From Balanoglossus misakiensis (lineage: Eukaryota > Animalia > Hemichordata), in the NCBI GenBank assembly GCA_040954595.2, contig CM082581.2, positions 12,708,286 through 12,772,285 of the forward strand: DNA of 64,000 nucleotides, written 5' to 3'. Under the pieces are notes generated by a model that was not told the origin of the DNA, did no database searches, and was given only the letters and a program-made list of their open reading frames with translations. Every line of letters begins with the position of its first letter. Position 1 is the first letter of the stretch. Shown in pieces: positions 51,301-63,180 of this stretch. The position numbers and the translations under genes are program-made.

Positions 51301-54300
51301 CAGGGATGTTTCTATTCAGGAGAAAATTCACTGCATCAAGGTAGTCGCAGCTTGTTTCCTGAAAAACAGTCTTCTATTAGCCTGACATATAGGCCAGCTT
51401 CTCCCTTAGGATAACATGGCCAGGTAAAATTTCTACAGCTTCCTTCAGTGGATGCTTAATGACTTGTGTGAAACCAGTACATACAAGATGCACTCATGAT
51501 GAAAATGGAAATTTCATCTTGTGGTTCATGAAAGCTAATCTATTTTGGAGGCCATGCACTCTCCTGTTTTGAAGGATTACATGGAAACTGTTTTCTCAGA
51601 AATTGTGTTCAATCTTGAGAAACAGTCAGTGCCAGCATAAGACAAAATTGCTAACAGACATTGTGCACGTACATGTAACATTAGAATGATGCTGCAGGTG
51701 AATTTTGGTCATAAGCAAGTCCTAACATATGGTCCCATCAAGACATCTCTGTGTACTCTATCAAGACAAGGTCAAGGTCATTGGAAAATGTGTTCATGTT
51801 ACTTTCATTTATCCCCTTCTGGAGAATAGCCAGATTTGTTCATATTAAAATCATAAATCTGCCTCCAGGTAAATTATATTTATAAAGCATATATTGTTTT
51901 GTGTGTAAAGCTGTGTGTTATATTGGCTAGGCAGGCAAGTCTTGTACGGATGTACATGTAGGATTAACATTTGTGTTATATTTTCTCATACCTCCTCTAC
52001 CATCACTGTATCCGTGTAGGAATGTATTCTTCATCAATTAATGTTATTTAATATTTTAGGTAAATGTACCCATCACTAATTAAGTTTGAATGGATTTACC
52101 AAATATCGGGCAGATATTAAAACAATATTTTTCTTCTTTTTTTTTGAAGGTCGGAGTCCCTTTTTCCCCGGTGATGATACTTGCTTTTTAGACGACGGTC
52201 ATGGAGCAGACCAGATTGTACCATCCATCAACTCACCTTCAAGAGGCTCACCAAAATCAAATTCAGACTATCCTGGTGAACGCTACTCACGTAAAGTGTT
52301 TGTGGGAGGCTTACCTCCTGATATTGATGAAGGTGAGTGCTCATTGCATCTTTATTAATGACAGTGTCGTTGAAATCTACTTTATACGCTGCAATCAGTC
52401 ACAATTTCCATTTTGAAATCTGTCTTTTATCCCCCCATGTGTATTGCTCATTTCCTGTTGAAATATGTGACTTAATCTCTAATGGAGAGCACCTTTTACC
52501 TGTTAGACAATTTTGGAGCCCATTTCTCAATATACATGTATTCTGGATACTCACACACACACACACACACACACACGCACGCACGCACGCACACACACAC
52601 ACACACACACACAAATCAGTCCTTGTCAGCCATTTGGCGCATGAAATTGTTCACGCATGCTGAAATCACAACATTGTAAGCTAGCATTGAGTTGGCTAAT
52701 TATATTGATATCAACTGCATTGAAAATATTACACTGTACAGTGTGTGAGGTCAGGGATCAAAGAGGTATACATCTGTCACAGAACTTCAGGTAGCCAGTA
52801 CTTTGAACTTTACATTTTAACTCCTCCAGCCATTCTGTAATGACGTATAACCCATTTCATTTGGCTGTACTGAACGAAAACTGGCATAATGTCGAGTTTA
52901 ATGTTGGGGAATTGGTGTAAATCTGAATGAATGAATATACATGTTGTTGCAAGATGGGTCATTTGTCTTTTTCATTCCTCGCTCTGGTGAAGACTTGTCC
53001 TCGTTCATCCCGAGTCATTCTTGTATTGAACAGATATAGTATTGAAAATGACAAATTGCAAGGTGTTCAGCTGCTACCCACTTGGGCAAATTACAGGATT
53101 GAGCCGAACATTGGGGGTATAGAATTTCATAATTAGACAATGCAATGGAGGTGGAGACTGCACTTGCCAACGTGTAGACATGCTTTTCACATGAAATGCA
53201 TCCTTGTCAATTGACAGCAGTTACAGCTAGGCATTTAATCGGTGATTTATAGAAAATACTCCAAAACACGTTTTCATGCTCATATTGGCTAACAGAAGGT
53301 TTTGCTTTGATCAGAACAGACATGTGAAATGAGTCGTGGCATTTCTCTTGTTGATTATCTGTCAGTGTCATGCCATATTCTGTATCTTTCGGAGAAGGCC
53401 ATTCAAATGCCTGAATTATGGATTAGATGAACATGATGTGGGTGGAAAATTTATTACCAGCTGATGTGCACAGGGCTGAATTAAGTCAATTTTCAGTTAA
53501 GAATGAAGGTGGAGTGTCGCAGATGAAGGAGCTGGACATATAGGCACTGTTAAATATAACGAAAAAATGCTTAATTCCGAAAAGTACACTGTATAAATGG
53601 AGAACCAATGGCAGAACTAGAAATATTCATTGCACATTTCTGTTGGTTGTCACGAGCCTTTTAATATCCCTACCTTCTGCTGTATCTCCATAAATAACCC
53701 CATTAACTACAGGAAAGAGCATGGTTAATTACAGTAAAAACAAAACCACCTGTTTGCTTCTTCCATACTCCGAAATTATGTACGTGAAATACAGTAGGAA
53801 TTTGAAGTTACAAACGACAAAGAAGACCGCAGTTACATCTAGCCAGCCATGACCGGTTAATATATGTACAGATATAATTTATTACATTACAGGAATGATT
53901 TTAATTAAACTGCCAATATATTTTATTCTTGTTTTGTGAACCTGATAATAACAGTGTATTTAATAATATTTTTTGCTTCTGTGTTGGTTGCAGAGGAAAT
54001 AACTGCAAGTTTTCGCCGATTTGGCAGCCTTGTCGTGGATTGGCCCCACAAGGCTGAAAGCAAGTCATACTTCCCACCTAAAGGTATTTAATTTGTGCAG
54101 TCTATTTTATCATTCATTGTGGCATGAAAGTCCTGTATGCATTCAAGACAATCTGTGTATGATATAGAACAGCTGTTTGATGTAGGAGATAGTGGCAGAG
54201 ATTTGGACCTTAAAAAAGATAGCGTTAAAGAAATTTCTTTCAAGTGAATGCTTCAATACTTCTGAGGTTGTCAGTGTTCTGCTATTCTGTAATTATTCAA

Positions 54301-57300
54301 ATGGTTGATATGGACTTGGCTTTTTATAGGTTATGCATTCTTGCTGTTCCAAGATGAGAGATCTGTCCAAGAACTGATAGACGCTTGCATCAAGGACGGA
54401 GACAAACTCTACCTTTGCGTGTCTAGCCCAACAATCAAGGACAAACCTGTAAGTGCCAGACTTCCTATTGAGAGGCCTCTCCCAGTTCACTGCTGATAAT
54501 CAAATCAGGGTCCCATCATAAAAGCACTATTTTTCCATTCAAGATTTTAATTTCATTTATCAACGTTGCGTCAGTGTGTAGCTTGCACTCATCTAGCAGA
54601 CCAATCAGATTGGTTTATTTCGCAAACTGGCTGTTTAAACATATTGATGCCTTGGCGTATTTTTTCCCCTTTTCCGCAAATTGATGTAAATGTTACAGCG
54701 ATGTATTTCAAATGCAGCTCCTACTGAAGTAGGGCTGTGGATTAGTGGCTTAGTATTGTGAGCACCTACGTTTTAGTTGAGGTAATTGCAATAACTGTGT
54801 GTCCTGTCTGAGCCACACTTAAAGATCTATAATAAAGTGCTCTATGAATAAGCATTAGGAGTTCCATTAGGCCCTCAGACACAGTATGAAAAGCTATGAA
54901 GCCATTTGATTCGAACACCAAATTAGCAACGCACAATGTGGTAAATCCCACTTCTACGAAGCATATCAGAGAACATTTTGAAGAAGAAAAATTCCTAGCA
55001 GATCCTCAAGACTTATCTGTGTAATCACCAATTTGCAGTGAAAACTAGAAGCAAGTCGTGCAGAAACTCAGATCGCATTTGTTTTCCTTTATACGGCAGG
55101 TACAAATCCGTCCTTGGAATTTAGCAGACAGCGACTACGTTATGGATGGATCCCAGCCGCTTGATCCAAGGAAAACCATCTTTGTAGGTGGTGTACCAAG
55201 ACCTTTGAGAGCAAGTGAGTCCAAATTCTATTAGTCTCATTATTAAACCTAGTATTAAGGAGGGTTGGGAATGAGAATTAATAGAATCTCTATGTCCTGC
55301 GGGCCCTTAGAAGAGACACCATAGGCAAGGCAGGGAATTGCTAGCTCATACAAGCCACAGATCTTCATGAAGAGAGCAAAAAAGGTGCAAAAGATATGAT
55401 ACCTCATCAACTATACCCCATTAATATTAGTGTCACCATTGTGTTTTTTCACTCATTTGTCACTTGGTGTTGTCAGTACCATCCAAAACAATACCAGAAC
55501 AACTATTGAGGTTTATTTAAGTATATATGGCCAGTTCTAAGCAAATGATTATTTCCCAGTCGATATTGAAATAACTTGTATTGTTTTCAGTTGAATTGGC
55601 GATGATAATGGACCGACTGTACGGTGGAGTGTGCTATGCGGGTATCGACACTGATCCTGAGCTGAAATATCCCAAAGGAGCTGGACGGGTAGCTTTCTCC
55701 AATCAGCAAAGCTACATAGCTGCCATCAGTGCTCGTTTTGTGCAATTACAACATGGTGATATTGACAAGAGAGTAAGTATAATAATGCAAGGTCATTATA
55801 GTGTGATTTCATCCACGTGGTGCAAGTGTTGAGAAGGATGCTTGAAGCAAAAACAGGAAATGAACAGGAGGTTTCCTGTCATTGGCTTTACCCACTGTGG
55901 TGTGTAGTTAAAAGGTCATTTTTGTGCGCAACACAGGGATCCCACCAACGCAAACACCTCAATCAGTTTCATATTTTATTCCCACCCTTGTTAGGTAAGT
56001 CAGGTCACAAGTTTCAGCCCACATAAGGATTCTTCCCACCAACTCCTGAGCCTCAGCTTGAGGAGAACTAGAGATAACATTCATTTCTTGTATTCTATAC
56101 ATGCAGTCAGAACACAATCCTATATAATTAATACACACAATCGCTCATTGAAATGACATTGGAGTAGAAAAGATTGACAAAAATTGTCAGAAGCCTAATG
56201 AAATCATTGTTTCAATGTACATTCTTGGAAACATTCCTTTTGTACATCAAAAAGTGAATTGCAATAATATATGTGATTGCATGTATTCCTTAATACAATT
56301 TTGTTGTCAATTAACAATGCTTGGCAAATTAAATGGCAGTTTTCATTAATCCAAATAATTTCAGCCCACGGCTACTTTTGATTGGTGCAATCAAAATAGA
56401 AACAGCAGCAGTTGTTAAAAAATGTGTTGTAAGTTTGTCTTCCGGTCTTTTGTTGGGGGATAAAAACATACCTGATGCTGCTATAGAAACAATTCAGCTA
56501 TGTTATGGATTTTATTTCAACATATGGCTCTGACAACAGCTTGAAATATATTGATCAGTGCTTTCAATTGAGGTCCTATTTCAAACAAAAGCAGAGAAAA
56601 GTGTCTCAAGTGATGGAATTCACTTCACCTGACTGCTTTCATTTTTTTTTTCACAAGAATTATTATACTGACAAATTTTTAGTCTCTTCAGATTAGTCGT
56701 TGTATTTCTATTGATCTATGATGTTGCAGATTTTCTATATAGCATTTTGTACAAGCTTTATTCATATAGATAATATCAGGGCTGCCATCCCCTTAACTCC
56801 AAATCATTAGGCAATGTAATGTGCAGACATATTCTGTATAATTAATTTAAGGGAAGTGGACATCTGTAGTAAGGTTTAGAGTATTTTTGTGTGGACATCA
56901 TGACGCATGTAATATAAATGTCACGACATGCTCAATTTACTGTGAATCCATACATATTTGTTTGATATTCAGAAGTCCAAACAGAACTTAATTACTTGGG
57001 GTCGAGTTTTTGACATCATGTTCAAAAGTCGCATGTTGACATTCACAACGAATCATATACTATTGACAAGCTCATCTCTCAGCTGAAGAGGCTAACATTT
57101 TTTCATCAGCAGAAATCACCAGAACAGGGGGTTTGCTTCATTCTCCTAACACCACCACTAGTATTAGAGCTATCCATATATCTAAACACTGATCCTTGCT
57201 GCAAATATGTGCTATTGTACAATGTGAACATAGCTCAATCTACTGACAAGTTTCCCTATATCCCTTGATAGCTATCTCATCACACCATTGGTGATTATCA

Positions 57301-58950
57301 GTCTTCAATTCAACTTTTTTCTATGCGAAGACACGAACCATTGTATGTACATTATTGTCAAAGCCTACCTAAGCATAATTTATCCTTTCACAGAACTCTG
57401 TATTCAATAAGACTTGCACTGCATTTTTCAATTTCTTAGTTCTCAACATATTTCCACTCAAAACATGAATGTCAAAGATGAAGTTAATATTGTGAAGTGA
57501 CCTAAATATCAAAATCTGAAGATATTACGATAAAATTAATATTCTGACTGGAATCATAAATGCTAAATTTACTGCTGCTAAAGTGATGTGCTTATTTCAA
57601 AATTATTGTTTTTCATATAGGAGGCAGATCCAAAATATCATATAGAAATAATGTTGAAAAATTAATGTGTGTGAAAAATAGTGATGAATGAGTAATGATA
57701 TAACCAAACACATGAACACAAAAATGTCAAAATGACAGTATGACTAGATATTGCTATTGGAGTACTTTAATATTGACAAGCTGTCATTTATGTATTTGAA
57801 TTTTGTATTGAACAATATGACAGTTAGCTGTATATTTATCTATTCTTATTAACATATTCAAATCCCAAACATCTGGCACAATGACAGTATGATGGATACT
57901 GGTTGCCTGTATGTACACATTAATGTTTCCAATTATAGATTGACAATTCAGGAATATACATGTATGCTGTGCTAGGTTTTATGGACCTGTATATAAACCA
58001 TAATATTTTAGTACATGAACATTCAATGTGCACTTCTGACATGAGGCAAATGAAATGTACCACACACTGGATTGATCAACTCAAATTTATCATACAAGCA
58101 TCTTAAAAATTGGCTTGTCTCTTCCCTGACAGTTGCCAAATGAGCTTTTTTTATATTCAGCTCAAGAAATTGCACTCACTCACAGTAGTGTGCTGTGTTT
58201 CTCATCAACAAAGATGATTTGAGAATTCTGTGTTCAGAATACCACAGTATTAAATGTTTGCAAGAGTTCCCTGCAAAGAACAGGTATCCAATCACTTATG
58301 TTATCCATCAGTGTCAGCACTCGATGAAAAAAAACCCATCCAAGGCTGACAAATGCTGTGACTCTGGAAATGCATACGAGCCAAATGCAGGGCAGCAAAC
58401 ATTGTCCTCTTGAAATGAAAGAATGTACAGGAAATTAGTTCTAGCAGGGAATGGTTTCAGTCATTTTTCATGACACCCATGCCTAATAAACAAGGTTGAG
58501 AAATATATTTTAGTACCAGTAGGAGATAAATGTTGCATAATATCGGTTTTCGTCATTTTATGCAAATGACTTCTGTTTGAAATGTACAGAAGATGGCACA
58601 TGTTCTATTCCCCTCTTGGCCCAAAGGCTGCTTTATGTTAACATTTTTTGCCAAAAGGGACCTGCCAATACAAACAGGGATCATGAATGTACAATAATGA
58701 GTTTTGTGTTGCTTGTTTTCAGGTTGAAGTGAAACCCTATGTACTGGATGACCAAATGTGCGACGAGTGCCAGGGAGCTCGCTCTGGTGGCAAGTTTGCA
58801 CCCTTCTTCTGTGCCAACGTCACATGTCTGCAGTACTACTGCGAACAGTGTTGGGCCACCATCCATTCCCGTGCCGGCAGAGAATTCCATAAACCACTGG
58901 TGAAGGAAGGAGCTGATCGTCCACGCACCGTGCCCTTCCGCTGGTGTTAA
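32353..58950 (+). CDS. CPEB4: CPEB2/3/4-subfamily (orb2-like) cytoplasmic polyadenylation element-binding protein. Spliced CDS join(32353-33336,35431-35545,[40418-40477],[49211-49234],52150-52332,53994-54083,54330-54448,55100-55214,55591-55772,58723-58950); 671 aa without the optional exons, 679 aa with the microexon, 699 aa with both
   Basis: N-terminus MGEYGFG resembles CPEB4 MGDYGFG and MQDDML resembles the CPEB3 start. RRM1 YSRKVFVGGLPPDIDE, RRM2 KTIFVGGVPRPLRA, and a ZZ finger ending ..PFRWC*. All introns are GT-AG with consistent phases. Probably a co-ortholog of vertebrate CPEB2/3/4, so the symbol is nominal. Confidence 0.96.
32947..32979 (+). repeat. Coding (CAG)6 CAA CAG (CAA)3 tract encoding polyQ11
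   Basis: Read directly from the sequence inside CPEB exon 1. Confidence 0.95.
35431..35545 (+). CDS. CPEB4: CPEB coding exon 2 (DRNTQTYDTMKFPALEHHLMDIMRTPADQHQHPDSHLR-G), 115 nt, phase 0 to 1
   Basis: T-rich acceptor TTTATTTTTTTATCTGGTAG| and donor AG|GTTTGT. The peptide aligns with CPEB4 DRPRTFDMHSLESSLIDIMR. Missed by the ORF track. Confidence 0.9.
40418..40477 (+). CDS. CPEB4: Candidate 60-nt frame-preserving cassette exon of CPEB ((V)SLVPSQWQLLMESSRIKPQ)
   Basis: Acceptor TTTATTTTTCAG|, donor |GTAAGA, length divisible by 3 and open in phase 1. It sits where vertebrate CPEB2-4 have a short alternative exon. I recognise no peptide homology. Confidence 0.45.
45302..45323. repeat. Poly-C homopolymer (22 nt)
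   Basis: Directly visible. Confidence 0.9.
49211..49234 (+). CDS. CPEB4: 24-nt CPEB microexon encoding (A)RTYGRRR(G)
   Basis: TTTATTTCTCTCTCTCCTAATGCATGCAG|CAAGGACATATGGACGCAGACGAG|GTATTT, phase 1 to 1. The peptide equals the ARTYGRRR microexon of vertebrate CPEB4. Confidence 0.95.
52150..52332 (+). CDS. CPEB4: CPEB exon: linker and start of RRM1, 183 nt
   Basis: GRSPFFPGDDTCFLDDGHGADQ...ERYSRKVFVGGLPPDIDE; T-rich acceptor ending GAAG| and donor |GTGAGT. Confidence 0.96.
52552..52613. repeat. Compound (CA)n/(CACG)n microsatellite in a CPEB intron
   Basis: Directly visible. Confidence 0.95.
53994..54083 (+). CDS. CPEB4: CPEB exon (RRM1), 90 nt
   Basis: EEITASFRRFGSLVVDWPHKAESKSYFPPKG; TTGCAG| ... 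|GTATTT. Confidence 0.96.
54330..54448 (+). CDS. CPEB4: CPEB exon (RRM1), 119 nt
   Basis: GYAFLLFQDERSVQELIDACIKDGDKLYLCVSSPTIKDKP; TTTTTATAG| ... |GTAAGT. Confidence 0.96.
55100..55214 (+). CDS. CPEB4: CPEB exon (RRM1-RRM2 junction), 115 nt
   Basis: VQIRPWNLADSDYVMDGSQPLDPRKTIFVGGVPRPLRA; GGCAG| ... |GTGAGT. Confidence 0.96.
55591..55772 (+). CDS. CPEB4: CPEB exon (RRM2), 182 nt
   Basis: IELAMIMDRLYGGVCYAGIDTDPELKYPKGAGRVAFSNQQSYIAAISARFVQLQHGDIDKR; TTTTCAG| ... |GTAAGT. Confidence 0.97.
58723..58950 (+). CDS. CPEB4: CPEB last coding exon (ZZ zinc finger), 228 nt including TAA
   Basis: VEVKPYVLDDQMCDECQGARSGGKFAPFFCANVTCLQYYCEQCWATIHSRAGREFHKPLVKEGADRPRTVPFRWC*; acceptor TTTTCAG|. Confidence 0.97.
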   Translation, partial: VEVKPYVLDDQMCDECQGARSGGKFAPFFCANVTCLQYYCEQCWATIHSRAGREFHKPLVKEGADRPRTVPFRWC

Positions 58951-61900
58951 ATTTACATAGAAATCCTAGAAGATGCACATATTGTTAAACTGAAAGTTCA
59001 GGTGAACATACCCTGACAACAGGCTCTGTTATTTTAAGAATACATATTACTAGTATTTTTCTCATTACATTCTATGTGATAGCATTCAGGTAATGCTGTA
59101 TACATGTAATATGATATGATCCCTGCATGATTTTTTGCATGAGATTTGAATGTAAGTATTTGGTCAAGAAAAATTGAAACTCCTTTAGGAGAACCTTATT
59201 TTGTGGCATAAGTTATATTCTTGCCGACTAATGTGACTATTGTATTTAAAAGACAAAATACCATGGATGAACTATTTTTTGCTGCATGTCGCATCATATT
59301 TCTATACAAATGAGTATTTTTTGTATTTGTGATCTCTATGGACAAATCAATGAAGGATGTGTGTGTGTTACATTACATGTCGGTGGCAGAGAACATTGGC
59401 TGGGTTCTCTGCATAGACATGTATATAGCTTAGAGAATTACCCCCAAACTTTTTTCCATTTACCATACTATAGGGAGGTTGTACCAGTTTCCTATTATAC
59501 CTAGACTGGATTATGAATTTACATTTAAAGAAATAAAACTACTCAGTTCAACTTCAAGTATAAGCTAATTACAAAAAATCGCTGTACTATTCTAGAAATT
59601 TACAACGTCAGTTACTGCCTAATTTAAATGAGAGAATCTCAAACACAATGTAGGTGTCTTTTTGTGAGTGCCATTTTTTTCCATGTGTAATATACCAAAG
59701 ATATAAGTACTACAACAGTGTTTTTTTGAAAATTATTCAAAATAACAACTACCGTGTAGCAAAACAATTAGGCCACGATTCTACATCATGTGGCTTTGTG
59801 TGTGATTGTATTTGTATCAAATTTTGACAAATGCAATTTTCAAAATCGACTTTGATACCATTGAGTTTGTGAAGTGTGTGCTACCGATTATAACTCATAC
59901 CATTTTTGGTTGAAAAATATTCTTATGTATACTTTGAGCTGCAATATTTTTTGTACTTTGGATTTTTAGCAATTTTTGCATGTTTATCAGCAATTCGCTC
60001 TATGTCTCAATGGTACTGAAGCCATTTGCTTCTGTAATTTAAAAAAAAACTTCAAAAAAAAAGTCAATCACAGTGACTGAGGAAAAAAGCATGTTTTGTC
60101 ATTTGTAAAGTATATAGATTAAGAAACACCAGAAACTCAATTCTTCAACAATATACAATAGCCAGACAAGCTGCATGTTTAATATTTACAATTCAAGTTT
60201 ATTGAATTTTCCTCAATCCATTCTTTGATCACGGAGATTGTCTTAGTTGTAGAACATAGAGATGTGTTGATAAACACGTATGTGCATGCCAATTACATAT
60301 TGTGCAATCTAAACATTTTTGAAAATTACCTTTTTTTTTTTGCCGGAAGGCAAGCTTTACTATGATATGTGTATGTGTATTTGCCTGCCATTTTCATAGT
60401 AGTGGGTAAATGGTGACTAGGCGTAGTTTGTAGAAAATAATTTAGCAGTCAGTAGTCATAGAAATATACAAGAGCCAGCCAAAACTTCAATGATGGTGGA
60501 AACAGCTGTTGTATGTGTTTACACGGCTGTATTTGTTGAAATTGGAATCACAGTTCATGTGGTCCAGTCTGCGAATACCCTACAGCGAATCAGGGCAAAT
60601 TCGTCATTACCTTGTTTTTCGGAAATTTTCTTCTTTTCTGTTGTAATGTTGTTCGGGCAGAAGGCTGCCAATTCAGCTTTGCAGGAAAGCCAATTAAAAT
60701 TGGGAATATATGGGCGGAGTAGGATGTTGTCAGACTGGCCGAGTTTTACATGAAAAGCCCAGGGAAAGAACTTGTGTGATAGTTGATGCGGGTAACAACA
60801 TGAACCAAGAATAATGAAAGTCTTGGAAATCATTCTAACAATTTTGTCATGTGAGTTCATTGTAGCACACAAGTATTTATATATTCTGTCTCTGTGTTTT
60901 TATTAGTCTCTTTGATGTCTGTAAAATATGTGAATTGTCTTTATTCTTATTGCCGTGGTACTAGTTTACATATTCTAACTATTTTTGTGCAAGATGTGTT
61001 AAAAATTCAGATTCAAGTTTTGTGCACACTAATATTTAAGATTATACAGTGCACTTCGATGTACATGTTTGGATATGATGAGCTGAATAGAAAGCGGTTT
61101 TTTAGATTTTCCTCCCTTTTTGTACACTTGTATTTTTCTCTGGATTTACAGAGGAGAGGCCGCATTTTCCTATTTGCACCACTTCATTACTAGCTTTCAT
61201 ATTTTGGTCATTCCACAGAAGGTAAATATTAAATTACAGTATTTTTGGTGCCACAATTTCTAAAACCAATTTCAGACAGCATTCATCCTTCACGGTTTTC
61301 AAGCAGACATTTTATAGCTGTATTTTTTCTGATATTTTGTAGATCTTTTTGCTAATGTTTACCTCACTTTTAGTCAAGAATTAGGAAAATGAAAAAAAAA
61401 ATCTTTTGGATTTATTCATACGTATCCCGCACTGAAATTTGTGAGAAAGAAATATAAGATTATTAATTTAAGAATTTTGCAATCTGATGATTTAAAAAGA
61501 TATTGGGTAAAATGATTGTTTTATTTTTCTCATTTATTGTTATTGAGCCTTTTGCATAAGAAGGAAAAAGCTTTTAAACCTTTTTTATTATAATATAGCT
61601 AGTTTGGAAACCCAGAGTTAATATATCTTTAAACTTTGTAATTAATGTTACATTGTTCTCCAGATTTGTAATATTCCATTTTGTATTTTTTCGAGTTTTT
61701 GGACAGGTATCGACACGACATTTGACATGTACAGGGGGCATGCTAATAACAGGGTATTGAGGTCAAAAAAAAAGAACCCACTTGGAAGGTTGCATGGTGC
61801 TACACACAAAAACACAGAGACAAAAAAAAATGCTATGGGACATAATTTGTAAATCAAGGATGGGAGAGTGCTTTTATTTTACATATACATCACATGAAAT

Positions 61901-63180
61901 TTAACAATCAGGGCATCAACTTCTTAATTATTTTTATGTGCAATATTTGAGGAAGAAACACAGATGCACCTGTGTTTGTGGAAAGTTGTTACACCAAATG
62001 CAGTACCCTGTTGCCTCTGCCCCATTATCTTAGTATAACCAATCTTTGGAGCAAGCTTAGAATTAGTCATTTTTGTATGAGATTTCTAGTAGTTAACTAT
62101 AGGAATAGATAACAAACTTGTACTCCACTTTTTAAATATTACAGAGATTTCCTATTTTTGTTCATTAGGGTTTTCACCATAATTGTTTATTTTTACTTAA
62201 CGTATTCCCCTTGGAGAAGGCATTATATTTTTTGCTTTATCATCTATGTGCAAATGTAAGTTTTAATTTTATGAAATTAATATATTGTTCTGGAAATACA
62301 TAATTGCTCATGTGTTATCAAAATCAGAACCTTTTATTTCAAAATTTTTTCAACAGTTACTATTTGAGAGTTTAAAAGAGCAGAGTTTTTCTGTTCAAGT
62401 TGTGCTTATGATTGATGTGCAAGTTGTGTTGGATAAAAATAAGTACCACAGAATTTAGTGGTACCAAGTGTGACAAGACTCCTCTAGAAGGTGCTTAGTG
62501 AATGTATGATTTTTAAAAAAGGTGTTAACTATTTGGAATATCCGCTGTTTTGTGGCTGATTTTATTATCGTCTTTTTGTATATGGGGAAGTTTGTTAGTA
62601 TTTTTGTTGGATTATTATAAAGTCAAACCAAAGTTTCTATGTTTTGTTTTTAAAATAAACAAACCTACATTTTGTATCGATAGTTTATTTCCCAGGTGTG
62701 GTGGTTTTATGTTTATTTTTGTTTATTTGTTTGTGTTTGTTTTCCAGTTGACATTTCTATACCCGACTGACTAAGCAGAAGGAGTATCATGAGTTGACCT
62801 GCTTGAAAATAGAACAAACCAATGAATTTACAGGACTCATTAAACTGCACCAATCAGAGAGGTCCTTATAAAACCTGTTCACCCTCATTGGTTCTTTCAC
62901 GTTTGATTGACAACACTGACAATGCATATTCATGATACATTTTCTCTGCTGGATTATATAAATTCATTACGATGATTTTTTAGAATTTTGAGATTTGGTC
63001 TATATATTTGTTGAGATAATTTAAAAACAAAAAGGTGACTTTGTAATTCTACTTTTTTGCTGCTAAGTATTTATATAATACTTTTTCAAATTAATTTTTT
63101 GAAATCTTTCTAACTTTTATGGACCCTTTTGTGTAATCTTTTAGCAATTAAGAATAAAACATGAATTAGAAAACTTGTTG
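58951..63180 (+). other. Probable long U-rich 3' UTR of CPEB
   Basis: T-skewed plus strand with many TTTTAT elements, and AATAAA at 59532, 62654 and 63153. The end point is inferred from the last hexamer followed by TG-rich sequence. Confidence 0.6.
63153..63158 (+). terminator. Candidate distal polyadenylation signal AATAAA
   Basis: AATAAA is followed about 16 nt later by TTGTTGTG and preceded by the CPE TTTTAT at 63115-63120. Confidence 0.5.
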
